Below, piece by piece: positions 14,253 to 26,526 of a stretch of 64,000 nt of DNA. Location of the stretch: the NCBI GenBank assembly GCA_951406725.2, contig OX597817.1, positions 82,646,001 through 82,710,000 of the forward strand, in the 5' to 3' direction. The position numbers and the translations under genes were made by a program. Position 1 is the stretch's first letter. Each line of letters begins with the position of its first letter. The stretch comes from Octopus vulgaris. Its lineage: Eukaryota. The notes below the pieces were generated by a model. It saw only the letters and a program-made list of their open reading frames with translations, made no database searches and had not been told where the DNA came from.

Positions 14253-14260
<8 letters not shown>
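13091..14260 (-). mobile_element. Non-autonomous Helitron-like element with two 148-bp internal tandem units
   Basis: 3' CTAG within a palindrome at 13091-13129. (TCTG)n near the 5' end. Tandem units start at about 13928 and 14076. Confidence 0.8.
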
Positions 14261-14312
<52 letters not shown>

Positions 14313-14507
14313 TAAGGGTAGAAATTGATATTAGTCAATTAAAACCAGTGGTCTAGCATATTAAAAAGAATCCGAAGATTAAAATATTTTTATATACCAA
14401 TTAAGGACTGAACACGAAAAGTGGAGAATCAACATGCTAGATATAGACATCAAATCGCCATTCTCCACAAAGAGTATGTTCTCAAATAAATAATATATAT
14501 ATATATA

Positions 14508-15192
14508 TATAATTAATTAATAAGGGTGAGAGAATTAGATACTAATTTAATAGTATATCTATTCAACACCAAGTGGCCTAGTGCTCCGAGAAACCTGGAT
14601 TATTATAATATTTTATAATATATTATAATATTTTTACAAAATAAATATAAGAGAGTGGTCACTATATGGCTCACTCTAGCACCAGTTAATCCAAAAGGTT
14701 TCAACCACAAAAATACATGTTTCCCATGAAAGTCAGTACGATTGTTAGCTCACACGGACAGGGCAAATAAAAAATAACAAAAATACAGATTATTTTGGGA
14801 CAATTGTTTCGCTATTAATGAATTAAATGTAATTTTACTTACAAAAAAATCCACTTGTAGCTCGTCAGCCAAAACTATCTGGATGAAATCCACTCAATCA
14901 CACGCCAGATTTTACCATAACGATAAATACGCGTGTGGTTCAATTGATTACATCCGACGTTATAATTCAAATGCCCCAACTAACAGCGCGCCAAACTTTC
15001 ACGGAAAACAAATACAGCATTTAGAAATAAATGCAGCATAATTATAATTAATTAATAAGGGTGAGAGAATTAGATACTAATTTAATAGTATATCTATTCA
15101 ACACCAAGTGGCCTAGTGCTCCGAGAAACCTGGATTATTATAATATTTTATAATATATTATAATATTTTTACAAAATAAATATAAGAGAGTG
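14508..15192 (-). mobile_element. Non-coding retrozyme/pLTR-like element, 535-nt monomer in partial tandem
   Basis: 14508-14657 is repeated at 15043-15192 (period 535). Flanked by (TA)n on both sides. Contains one HHR and no ORF. Confidence 0.8.
14793..14874 (-). ncRNA. Canonical minimal type I hammerhead ribozyme
   Basis: UUUUGG-CUGACGA-GCUA[loop]UAGC-GAAA-CAAUUG-UC-CCAAAA. Perfect core, 6-bp stem I, 4-bp stem II, palindromic stem III, GUC cleavage triplet. Confidence 0.88.
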
Positions 15193-15469
15193 ATATATAT
15201 ATATATTTATGGTTGGGTGTTATTGTGTCTGTGTTTGTCACCATCACTAGCTGACTGATTTTGGTGTGTTTATTTCCCTGTAACTTAGCAGTTTGGGAAA
15301 AGTGATAGAAAGATTAAGTACCAGGCTTACAAAAAAGATGTCCTGAGGACAAATTCTTTGACTAGAACCCTTCAAGGCAGTGCTCCAGCATGACCACAAT
15401 CAAATGATTGAAACATGTAAAAGAATAAAAGAATGGTAACTATTATTAAAGAATAACAATAATGCTTAC

Positions 15470-15752
15470 CTTAGGATGATTTTCAAAGTTTTAATATCTT
15501 CTTCAGGTTCTGCCTTCTCTGGCATTTCTACGTCAGCATCTACTTCCACGAGTGGGTCACTTTTTGCTTCCAGCATTTTGATATCTCTCATCATTAGTCT
15601 GCAAGAATCAAATGTGTCCCGATATTTTCCATACATTTCTTTTATTTCATCTATCAGGTTGTCTTTCCTCACTGCTGTTTCGTCCTTCAGTGTCAGCAGA
15701 GAATTAATTTTTTCACGTAGCATTTCATTCTGTTTGTGCAGTTGTATTAATT
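15470..15752 (-). CDS. TSNAXIP1: TSNAXIP1-like exon (283 nt, phase 1-2), coiled coil
   Basis: Acceptor atttgcAG, donor AG|GTaagc. Completes the GAA codon from the previous exon and encodes ELIQLHKQNEMLREKIN...YRDTFDSCRLMMRDIK...EEDIKTLKIILR (cf. recalled EDPVKLTLALK). No further exon was found toward position 1. Confidence 0.85.
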
Positions 15753-17549
15753 CTGCAAATAGAGGATTTAGAACTATAAACTCATCAAACTTAAGACTTA
15801 TTATTGTTTTTAATATTATGGTGGCACGTAAAAAGCACCCACTACACTCTCAGAATGGTTGGCATTAGGAAGGGCATCCAGCCATAGAAACACTGCCAGA
15901 TCAAGACTGGAGCCTGGTGCAGCCATCTGGTTGCCAGCCCTCAGTCAAAATCGTCCAACCCATGCTAGCATGGAAAATGGACGTTAAATGAGGATGATGA
16001 TGATGATGATGAGAGGTGATTGAATTTTCTATTAAGTTATGGTCCTGTACATTGTCTTCTGGCAAGGTCAACTTCATAATTCTTCATCGATATTTTATCA
16101 ATAAGATAAATTACTAATCATGTACTGAATTGACTGTTCTCATCCATTGAAATTCTAAGCAAGAAATTGTAATAACAACAGTGTTTTCTGCTATGGGTAA
16201 TATCAAGGTGGCGAGCTGGCTGAAACGTTAGCATGCTGGACAAAACGCTAAATGGTATTTCATCTGTCGCTACGTTCTGAGTTCAAATTTCACCGAGGTC
16301 AACTTTGCCTTTCATCCTTTCAGGGTCGATTAAATAAGTACCAGTTACGCACTGGGGTTGATGTAAACGACTTAATCCATTTATCTGTCCTTGTTTGTCC
16401 CCTCTGTGTTTAGCCCCTTGTGGGTAGTAAAGAAATAGGTAATATCAGGAAACATGGCAAATACATGCATGCACATGCATGTACACACACACACACACAC
16501 CACCACTACCACAACTATAACCACCACTGTTGCCATCCACTGCCACCATTTAATATCCACTTTCCCATGTTTACATAGGCCAGACAGTTTACTGAGTAAG
16601 ATTTTTTATGGTTGGACACAATTACTGTCGCTTACAGTTACCTGTTTCCAAGCATTGCTCTATGACTACACAATCTTCTCACACAATATTAGAAATGAAT
16701 GGCAATATTTGTATGACATTGACAGTCGATTCCAACTATCATGCGATGTCAAGGTAAGGATGCATACACACACACACACACACACACACATTTACAGACA
16801 TGCAAAGCTTCTTTCAGTTTCCATCTGCCAAATCCACTCACAAGGCTTTGGTTGGCCCTTGGCTATAGAAGACACTTGCCCAAAATGAAGTACGTAGGAA
16901 GCAAACTTTTCAACTACACAGCTACACCTGCACCTAGTAATTATGATGTTTCTGAGGGCCAATGCAAAATCATTAAATGAATATTCATTTAAAAAAAAGA
17001 AAATATTTGTGGCTGTGGCACAGGAGTGGCTGTGTGGTAAGTAGCTTGCTTACTAACCACATGGTTCCGGGTTCATTCCCACTGCGTGGAACCTTGTGCA
17101 AGTGTCTTCTACTATAGCCTCAGGTCGACCAAAGCCTTGTGAGTGGATTTGGTAGACAGAAACTGAAAGAAGCCTGTTGTATATATGTATGTGTCTGTGT
17201 TTGTTGCCCCAACATCGCTTGACAACTGATGGTGGTGTGTTTATGTCCCCCGTAACTTAGCGGTTTGGCAAAAGAGACCAATAGAATAAGTACTAGGCTT
17301 ACAAAAGAATAAGTCCTGGGGTCGATTTGCTCGACTAAGGTGCTCCAAAATGGCCACAGTCAAATGACTGAAACAATTAAAGGAGAAAAAAGAGAAAGAA
17401 AGAAAGAGTGTGGTAAGAAGAATGCTTCCCAACCACATGGTTCCGGGTTCAGTTCCACTGTGTGGCACTTTGGCCAACTGTCTATTACTATAGCTTCAGG
17501 CTGACCAAAGCCTTGTGAGTGGATTTGGTTGATGGAAACTGAAAGAAAA

Positions 17550-18098
17550 TTTGTGCCGATTTATAGTAGCTTACCTTTTGACTTATTTTAGAACATGGTT
17601 GAGTCCATAAAATAGGATTTGACTACACCTCCATTTAGAGCACAGTTTAAGCTATCTTTCCATGGAAGAAGTTTAATGTTCCTATAACCTGTGTTAATTC
17701 TGTAACCCTTTAAAATGGAAGATAAGAAAGTTCATTTTTGGCATTTGATGCCTTGGGAACCAGACAAAAATTGCTGCAGCTTGGCTGGGATGTTTTACCC
17801 TACCCTCCAAATTCAACGGATATTGCTCCTTTGGATTTCCACTTATTCAGGTCTCTGCAGAATAGTCTTAATAGTAAAAATTTCAATTCCTTGGATGACG
17901 TAAAAAGATACCTTGATGAATTCTTTGCCATGAAACCACCTCAATTCTGGGAAGAGGGTATTTTCAAGTTAAAAGAAAGATGGAGATGCATTGTGCAACA
18001 AAATGGTTCATATTTAGTTGATTAAAAATGTAATGGCAAGTATTTATTGGGCTTTTTCTTTCCTTTAAAAATCGGCATGCACTTTCCAGACAATCCAA
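17550..18098 (+). mobile_element. Internally deleted mariner
   Basis: C-terminus LGWDVLPYPPNSTDIAPLDFHLFRSLQN...GIFKLKERW. Right TIR ends ACAATCCAA|TA and a partial left TIR reads GTGCCGATTT. Confidence 0.85.
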
Positions 18099-19236
18099 TA
18101 ATAACAGTTGAGCACTGGTCTTGTGCCAACATTTGAAACCAGTTTAAATGACACTTAAAATTATCTTCATCTTTCAATATTCCAATGTGTGTCAGTCTGG
18201 TATCAGCATTGTTAAATTGACTGTATTACCCTCCACCCCAAATTTGTGCCCATCATCATCATCATTATCATTTTAAATTCCACTTTCCATGATTGAGACA
18301 GATTTTCTATGGTAGAATGTCCTTCCTAATGTCAATCCTTACTTGTTTCAAAACAGGGTATTATTTCCTCATAACTAGATATTTTTTCAAAGACAACTTA
18401 AAAAGAACAACCATGCTTGTGTGATGATGTTCATTTGCAACCATCACATAATGTACAAGGTACACACAAACACACACACACGTGTGTGAGTGTATATATA
18501 TATCATCATCTAACATTTGTTTACTATGCATCCATGCATGCAGGAGCTGGCCAGGTAGAAGACTACCCCAGGCTACTGTGTCTGTTTTGGCAGGATTTTT
18601 ACAGCTGGATGCCTTTCCTAATGCCAACCACTCAGCAGAGTGGACTATGTGCTTTTCACCTGGCACTAGCACAGGCGAAGTTAGTTTTGGAACACACACA
18701 CACACATAAATACATACAAACTATTCTGTAGTAGTCACCATGAGAGAAACTTTCATACACACATACACACATACATACATACAAACATACATGCATGTGT
18801 TTGTGCATGTACACTTATGTACATGACATACTTCTCTCAGTTTCTGTCTAGCAAATCTACTCATAAAGTTTCAGTTGGAACTTGGAGCTATAGTCAAAGA
18901 AACTGGCTCAAGGAACTATACAGTAGGACTGGACCTGAGGGCATATGATTGGGAACCAAGCAGTCATACCTATGCTGAATTATAATATTCAGTTAAATCA
19001 TAATGCCATAATTATAATATTCCTTTTACAAGTTTCATGTAGTAGGGCTCCACTGTACCCCCAAGTGTGTACTTCCTGGAATGCATTCAGAATTGTTACG
19101 GAGATGTACTTGCATAGCAAGAGACCTGATCTGAGATCATGTGCTGGAATGAAAACAATTGCAGCATGGAAGGTGTTTATAAGCCATTTAAGAAACACAC
19201 AAAATCTGTTAGATTCACTTCAACATTTAAATTTAA

Positions 19237-19287
19237 TTTGTCAAAATATTTTTGTCGCTTTGAGACCGCGACCTGTTTACTGACAAA
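19237..19287 (-). ncRNA. Degenerate type I hammerhead-like motif (G3-C8 variant)
   Basis: UUUGUCA-GUAAACA-G-GUCGC..GCGAC-AAAA-AUAU-UU-UGACAAA. 7-bp stem I, 5-bp stem II, palindromic stem III. Two G>A changes (G5, G12) away from an intact core. Confidence 0.5.
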
Positions 19288-19612
19288 ATTCCGTGCTGCG
19301 TCTCATTGGATTCAGAATTTTCTTCTGAAGGAATGAGAGATGTTTTTCTGCCATCTTTTTCATCTGTTAGATTTATTATCACTTTCTTGTGTTCTTTCTG
19401 GTATTACCTTTGGTTTTTGTTCGTTGGATAGAATATGCAGTGTAAATTGTATGGGTGTCATTTGTGTTCAGCAGCTACCCTGTAAGTTGCGTTATTTTAT
19501 TTATTGGTGACTGTATTGTGTATAATTTATTGTGGGAGTTGTATAGAATGAGTGTTGTGTGTGTGTGTTAATTTACTAGCAAAATTTTCAATGCTATATG
19601 AGCATAATTTAT

Positions 19613-19940
19613 GGGAAGATACATAGCTCAGTGGTTAGAGTGTCAGGCTCACAAGCATGAGGTAGTGAGTTTGATTCCCAGACTGGGCTGGGTGTTCTGT
19701 TCTTGAGCAACACACTCTATTTCACATTGCTCCAGTTCACTCAGCTGTAGAAATGAGTTGCGACGTCACTGGTGCCAAGCTGTATCGCCCTTTGCTTTTC
19801 CCTTGGATAACATTGGTGGTGTGGAAAGATGAGGCTGGTATGCATGGGTGACTGCTGGTCTTCCATAAACAACCTTGCCTCAGAGGGTAACTTTCTAGGT
19901 GCAACAGCATGGTCATTCATGACCGAAGAGGGTCCTTTTA
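19613..19940 (+). mobile_element. tRNA-derived SINE, family D, representative copy
   Basis: A-box TAGCTCAGTGG and B-box-like GAGTTTGATTCC, then TTCTTGAGCAA..TTGCTCCAGT.CACTCAGCTG. Relatives at about 30820-31045 (-), 38605-38835, 52725-52880 and 61300-61650 (-). Confidence 0.7.
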
Positions 19941-21106
19941 TAATCATTATTTAAAAAATATATATTAGCAACAGATGCAATATTAATGCTGAGAAATAAA
20001 ATATTTTGACCTCAATCTCTCTCTTTTTGATTGGTAATTATGTATCTCCTCTACAGCAAGATACCTGTTTCTCTCTCTCTGTCACACTCTAACCTTTCAT
20101 CATCTGGCTCAAGATCTCCTCTAATGTCCTCTCCCTTCTCAAAGGATTTTTGTCTTGGTGACCCTGCCAATGCTGGTGTCACGTAATAAGCATCCAGTCC
20201 ATACTGTACTGTAAAGTGGTTGGTATTTGAAAGGGCATCTAACTGTAAAAACCATGTCAAAACTCACCTCACCTATGCTGGTGGGTGCCACGTGAAAAGC
20301 ACTCAGTCCACTCTGCAGAGTGGTTGGTGTTAGGAAGGGCATCCAGCCATAAAAACCATGCAAGCACAGACACTGAAAAATCTGGTGCCGTCGTCTACCT
20401 AGCCAACTCCTGTCAAAACATCTGACCCTTGCCAGTGTGGGAAGCAGTCATTAACTGATGATGACGACGACGATGACAGTGACGTAAACATCAATGTTCT
20501 GTTAGATCAAACTATACTGCAGTAGTCACCATGAGAGAACCTTTCATATTGGCTTTTGGTGCAAAATGCATTCTTGTTTATATTGCTAGCAGGGAGATAA
20601 ATCCCCACCAACTCCAGTGCCAAGTACATACTCTATATTGGCATAGGTTGGAGGGTTCAACAAGATCCAGTGAGCCAGAGTACTGCATTGATCTTCAAAG
20701 TCTGCTTTGGCATAGCCTCTACAGCTTGATGACCTTTCTTATAAAAACCACTTCTCAGTGTGAACTGAGTAACTGTTTCATGGCAGCAGTACAAGCTGAT
20801 ATAAAGGTTGGTTTGTTGATTTACTGATTTCTCCAATCATATTTTACATTGTATAGAGAGAGGGTGAGAGACTTTAGAAGAGAGACAGAGAGAAGAGAGT
20901 TAATATGTTAACATGAGAAGTAGAAGATGAGTGTACTCAAACGGTTTGGCAGCAGGCACTGGGTAAATGAAAGATACACACACACTGTAAGAGAAAAAGA
21001 AAAGAATCCTAGATACAGAGCTTAATGCCCCTCATAACACACCTGAGGATCTTAAAAATAAAGATGAAGGATTCATCAGATATTCTATGTAGTTCAAGAT
21101 AAGCTA

Positions 21107-21672
21107 TCTATATTAATAAAAGTGAAATTCTGTCTGTCCATCTGGGACCCTTGTATTTCAGTCTACATTTGCTCTGATCTGCATAGACAAATTATACCTT
21201 TTACATAGTCTAATCTGCATAGACAAATTATACCTTTTTAGAATGAGAATGATCCCAGGATTGAATATCTGCCCTTCATTTGGTTCTTGAACATCCAGTA
21301 TTAGGATCTGAATTAAAAGCATTTTGGTTGCAATTTCTAGCTGATTCATGCCATCTTGGCTGGCATTTGTCAGATGACATCAGAGATCAAGGGGGAGATA
21401 AATGACATTCACTTCCTTATTTTTGTCATTACTTTGAGACAAATTGGCTGACAGTTGGAATTCAACTTGGGACTGGAACAATAGAATGATTACAATACAG
21501 AATTAATTCTCATCTGTCCTACACCCCTGATCAAACACCGGCGGGGCATGTAGTCATTATAGACATATTATAATCATGCTATTTAGCTCTGTTCAGTTTT
21601 GGGTTGCAGGTACAATTAACCTTCCACAGAAGCTAGCTGAAAATTCTGCACAGAGTGCAGCTTTTAAGTTAG
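21107..21672 (+). mobile_element. Non-autonomous Helitron-like element
   Basis: A|TCTATATTAATAAAAGTGAAATTCTGTCTGTC start. Hairpin CTGCAC-AGA-GTGCAG (21646-21660) followed by TTAG|T. Confidence 0.6.
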
Positions 21673-22059
21673 TATCTAATAAAACACAGATGGGATGGTC
21701 ATGGTTGTAACTCCCTTGATCATAGTTCTGCAACTCACTTATGGCTAATCTGGGGTTAAACACCAACAACAACAGTAAAGAATACGCACAGATGATTTAC
21801 AAAAGTGACTACAAATGCAGCAGTAGATGGTAGTTCTGGTCTATAATGAAACTGCAAAGATGGTGGTGGCTGTGATAGCATCAGAGAGTGTGATAGTAGT
21901 GGTGGTGGTGATGTTGGTGGTGTGGTAGTGCCAGTAGAAGTAAACTGAGGAGGAACAGTGAGATAAAACATATTGGACCTTATAGATGCATCGAAAGATG
22001 CTGTAGCATGGACCAGTCAAAGTGTCATCAAAAATAATGGTGACATCAATGCTGCTGCT

Positions 22060-22678
22060 GCTGATGATGATGATGATGACAATGATAGTGAAAATTACAA
22101 GGATGATAATACTGATGAATAGGTGATGGCAATGAAGTTAATGATAATGGTGATAATACTGACGAACATCATGATGATGATGACGATGATGACAATAGTG
22201 TTGGTAATGATGTTGAGGAATATGATGAAGATGATGATGAAGATGGAGATGAGGGGGATGATGACAACAGTGAAGATGATGATGAGGGGGATAATGCTGA
22301 TGATATTAATAAAGAAAATTATAAGGATGATAATAATGATGAATATGTAATTGTAATAATGATAATGGTGATAATAGCAATGAATACAATGATGATGATG
22401 GTGATGATAATGATGAAAATTATAAATGTGAAAACAATGATGAATATGTTATAGTAATAATGATAATGATGATTTTGATAATAGTGATGATGACAATGAC
22501 ATTAATAATGAAAATTATAAGAATGATATGTGATGACAATGATAGTAGTGATAATGATAATAATACTGATGAATATGATATGATGACGATGATGGTGGTG
22601 ATGACAGGGATGACAATATGGCTGTCAAGGGATCCTGTGGAAACAAGCTTGTTGCATCAAACAAAATGGTCTCAAATA

Positions 22679-22750
<72 letters not shown>
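22060..22750. repeat. Degenerate (GAT/AAT/ACT)n low-complexity region
   Basis: Directly visible trinucleotide tracts. Confidence 0.9.
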
Positions 22751-22994
22751 CTTTTACTCTTTTACTTATTTCAGTCATTTGACTGTGGCCATGCTGGAGC
22801 ACCACCTTTAGTCAAGCAAATCGACCCCAGGACTTATTCTTTGTAAGCCAAGTACTTATTCTATCAGTCCCTTATGCCGAACCACTAAGTTACAGGGAAC
22901 TAAACACACCAGGATCGGTTGTCAAGCAATGTTGGGGAAGACAAACAGACACACGAATGTATACACACACATATATATTTACACACACACACAC

Positions 22995-23030
<36 letters not shown>

Positions 23031-23031
<1 letters not shown>

Positions 23032-23474
23032 ATATAATTCGAGACAAAACCACTATTTTAAAATCAAACAAGGAAAGACTTAATCAATACATAAAATTTT
23101 AATATAAATTAAATAAACCGCGGTCTCAAATAACTACTGATTTACTGGAACTTGATTTATTGACCCTGAAAGGATGAAAGGCAAAGTCAATCCTGGCAGA
23201 ATTTGAACTCAGAACATAGTGATGGACAAAATACTGCTAAGCATTTCATCCAGCATGCCAATGATTCTACCATTATGATCGTTATGTCAAACATGGTTAC
23301 AGTGGCGGTTTATTTAATTTATATTAAAATTTTATGTATTGATTAAGTCTTTCCTTGTTTGATTTTAAAATAGTGGTTTTGTCTCGAATTATATTATATA
23401 ATATTTTACTATAAAATTGGATTTAACCCTAAATCTGATTTTTCCCTGTAAATTTGGATTCATTCCCTAATATT

Positions 23475-23480
<6 letters not shown>
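23031..23480 (+). mobile_element. Fold-back insertion with 91-bp arms enclosing captured local DNA
   Basis: 23031-23121 is the reverse complement of 23305-23395. The right arm has an extra tail. Sits in the (TA)n tract of a minus-strand SINE. Confidence 0.8.
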
Positions 23481-23513
<33 letters not shown>

Positions 23514-24057
23514 TATATATATATACATATACACATATATATATGATGGGCTTCTTTCAGTTTCCATCTACCAAATCCACTCACAAGGCTTTGGTCAGCC
23601 TGAGGCTATAGTAGAATTCACTTGCCCAAGTTGCCATGCAGTGGGACTGAACCTGCAGCCATGTGGTTCGTAAGCAAGCTACTTACCACACAGCCACTCT
23701 AATAATAATAATGATAATAATTTCAAATTTTGCCACAAGGGCAGCTATTTTCGTGGGTGGGGGGATAAGTTGATTACATCGATCCTAGTGATTTACTGGA
23801 ACTTGATTTATTGACCCTGAAAGGATGAAAGGCAAAGTCAATCCTGGCAGAATTTGAACTCAGAACATAGTGATGGACAAAATACTGCTAAGCATTTCAT
23901 CCAGCATGCCAATGATTCTACCATTATGATCATTATGTCAAACATGGTTACAGTGAATCATGATTAAAGGAAATAGCAAAGATAGTCAAACTTTCATGCT
24001 TGTGACAGAATTCCTTTAGTGATTAACTGGCACTGAAATTTTGCTGACATTTCAAAA

Positions 24058-24672
24058 GTGTTGCATGAATGTTACCAGCATGTGGTAGATAAATATCCTC
24101 GTTTCAAACAGATATTTCTTCAGCCGCCTATTGTAGCCTTTAGATGGAATAAAAATATATCTATTTCTGACTCCAAGACAACTAACATTGTCTTCTTTAT
24201 ATTATTTTTATATTATAACAGCCGCATCGGAGGTAAGCCCTGTTCATTGGGCAACAACATGACTCAAGTGAATTCCATCTGGAATCATAACATAAATGTT
24301 ATGATTTATACAGAAGGTGGGACATGTAGAGATTCCCATTCAGTGTACACGGCAGAATGCATGAAGCACAACTTAATTTATGTTGGTTGTACAATAGAAC
24401 AATTAAACAAAAAATTTAATGGGCACAAATATGATGTCAGGCACAATAACAATAGTTCAACAGAATTTGCTGAATATTTTGTTTCAAATGTCTGCAATTT
24501 TGAAAAAGACTCAAAAGTGCATATTCTCAGAAAATATTCTGAATCCTCTTCACTTTCACTTCTCAAAATGCATGAGGAGAAATACATTTGTGGGTTATTA
24601 ACATCACGCCCTGGAGGAATGAATAAAATGACAGGAGAATATCATCAAATTTACACAAAACTGTTTGATTAA
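24058..24672 (+). pseudogene. PLE GIY-YIG endonuclease remnant
   Basis: PPIVAFR..N linker, then VYTAEC...IYVGCT...L.KKFNGH...E..YI..L.T..PGGMN. Confidence 0.8.
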
Positions 24673-24945
24673 ATATTCTTCTTTTTCCTTTTCTTTTTTC
24701 TTTCCTCTTTTCTTTTTTGTCTTTTTCTTTTTGCCTGTTATAAAATTGAAACTTAAAGACTGATGATGTCATTCCATTATCACGTGGATGCTAGTTGCTC
24801 TTTTTCATACTTTAGATTTGAATGTCTATAATTTTGAATTTTTATCACTTTTTATTTTGAACTAGACAAAGACAGGCTTGCTGCCGCAATGTCGTTCAAC
24901 CAATGACATATCTATTGCAATCACAGTGCACTTTCTGTCTTGTTT

Positions 24946-24996
<51 letters not shown>

Positions 24997-26306
24997 AATA
25001 ATAATAATAATGATTCAAAGACAAATATTAATAGCACAAAACAAAACAACAAAGGTGAGTTTTTGTTAATAAAAAGGAAATATTTAAAACATTAAAAAAA
25101 TTTTGATGGCAAGTTACATACATCATCATGATCATGATTATCATCATCATCATCACCATCAACAGCATTATGATCATCGTCAATGTTACAACATTTATTA
25201 TTATCATTATTATCACACAAAGTAGCAAGGTGGCAGAATTGTTAGCATGCTAGGGAAGATTCTTAACAGCACTTTGTCTGTCTTCAAGTTCTGAGGTTCA
25301 AATCCTGCCATGGTTGACTTTGCCTTTCATTCTTTTAAGGTTGATAAAATAAGTACCAGTTGAACACTGGGGATCAATGTATTTGATGTTCCTCCTCCCA
25401 AGAAACTGCTTGCATTGTGCCAAAATTTGAAACCACTTCTATTATTGTCACTAAGATACTGAACTAACAGTATTGTTAGCTTGTTGGGAAAAATGTTTAG
25501 CAGTGGATTTAGTAGATGGAAACTGAAAGAAGACCGTCAAATATATGTATGTGTGTGTATGTTTGTGTATCTGTGGTTGTCCCTCCAACATCACTTGACA
25601 ACTGATGATGGTGTGTTTACGTCCCCATAAATTAGCAGAATAAGTACTAGGCTTACTAAGAATAAGTCCTGGGGTCGATTTGCTTGACTAAAGATAGTGC
25701 CCCAGCCATCATGGCCGCAGTCAAATGACTGAAACAAGGTGAGAGAGGCCAGATGTAACTGGTTTGAACATAGAACAGGTAGAATATTTAGGCTGGATAT
25801 GGGCAGTTTAAGTGCTAAAGTGTTAAGCTGGATCAACAATGAAGTAGAGAAAAAAGGATTGGTGGTGTTCCAGTATGGTAACAACCCCCAAGCTGGAACT
25901 AGTAAAAAAGTGTATGGATACAATAGTTATCTTTATGCTTGTGTAGTTAAGAAATTCACATTCCAACCACATAGTTTTGAGTTCAAGAAATTCAGTGTAT
26001 AAAACAACAAGAATAAGAATGAAGAGAATCACATCTTTAGTGATTACACCATACAATACTGATGATCATTTCTGCTGTACCAGCATCTTTAGATTCAGAA
26101 AACATGAGTCAAATTAATATATCTAAAGATGTTAGAAAAGACTTCAATACAAAGGCAAAAAACCAGGTTTGTATTCTGTTACAAACACTGTACTACATAA
26201 CTGCAATGGAAATTAACAATCAATGGCCCAAAGTGTGTAGTCATAAACAGGCACTAAGGTACTGTTTAAGTGAAAAGTGTTTTATTTGCATATGGGAATG
26301 AGTTAA

Positions 26307-26526
26307 CCCTTTCGTTACTGTATTTCTGTTGAGATGCTCTGTGTTTCTTTCAATTACTTTAAATATAACATAGAATTTAGTAAAATAACTTAGTTATCAC
26401 TAAGCCAGTGTTAGAAACATAAAGTGTGACTAAGGTTTGGTGGAAGATTTTAATTCAAAACTTATGAAAACAAGGCATTTGTACTCAGAGCCAGAGCCGG
26501 TTTCAGCCGGGTTGGTAACAAAAGGG
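26307..26526. mobile_element. piggyBac-like MITE
   Basis: TTAA flanks with CCCTTT(C/T)GTTAC TIRs. Opposite-orientation homologue at 40504-40722. Confidence 0.85.
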
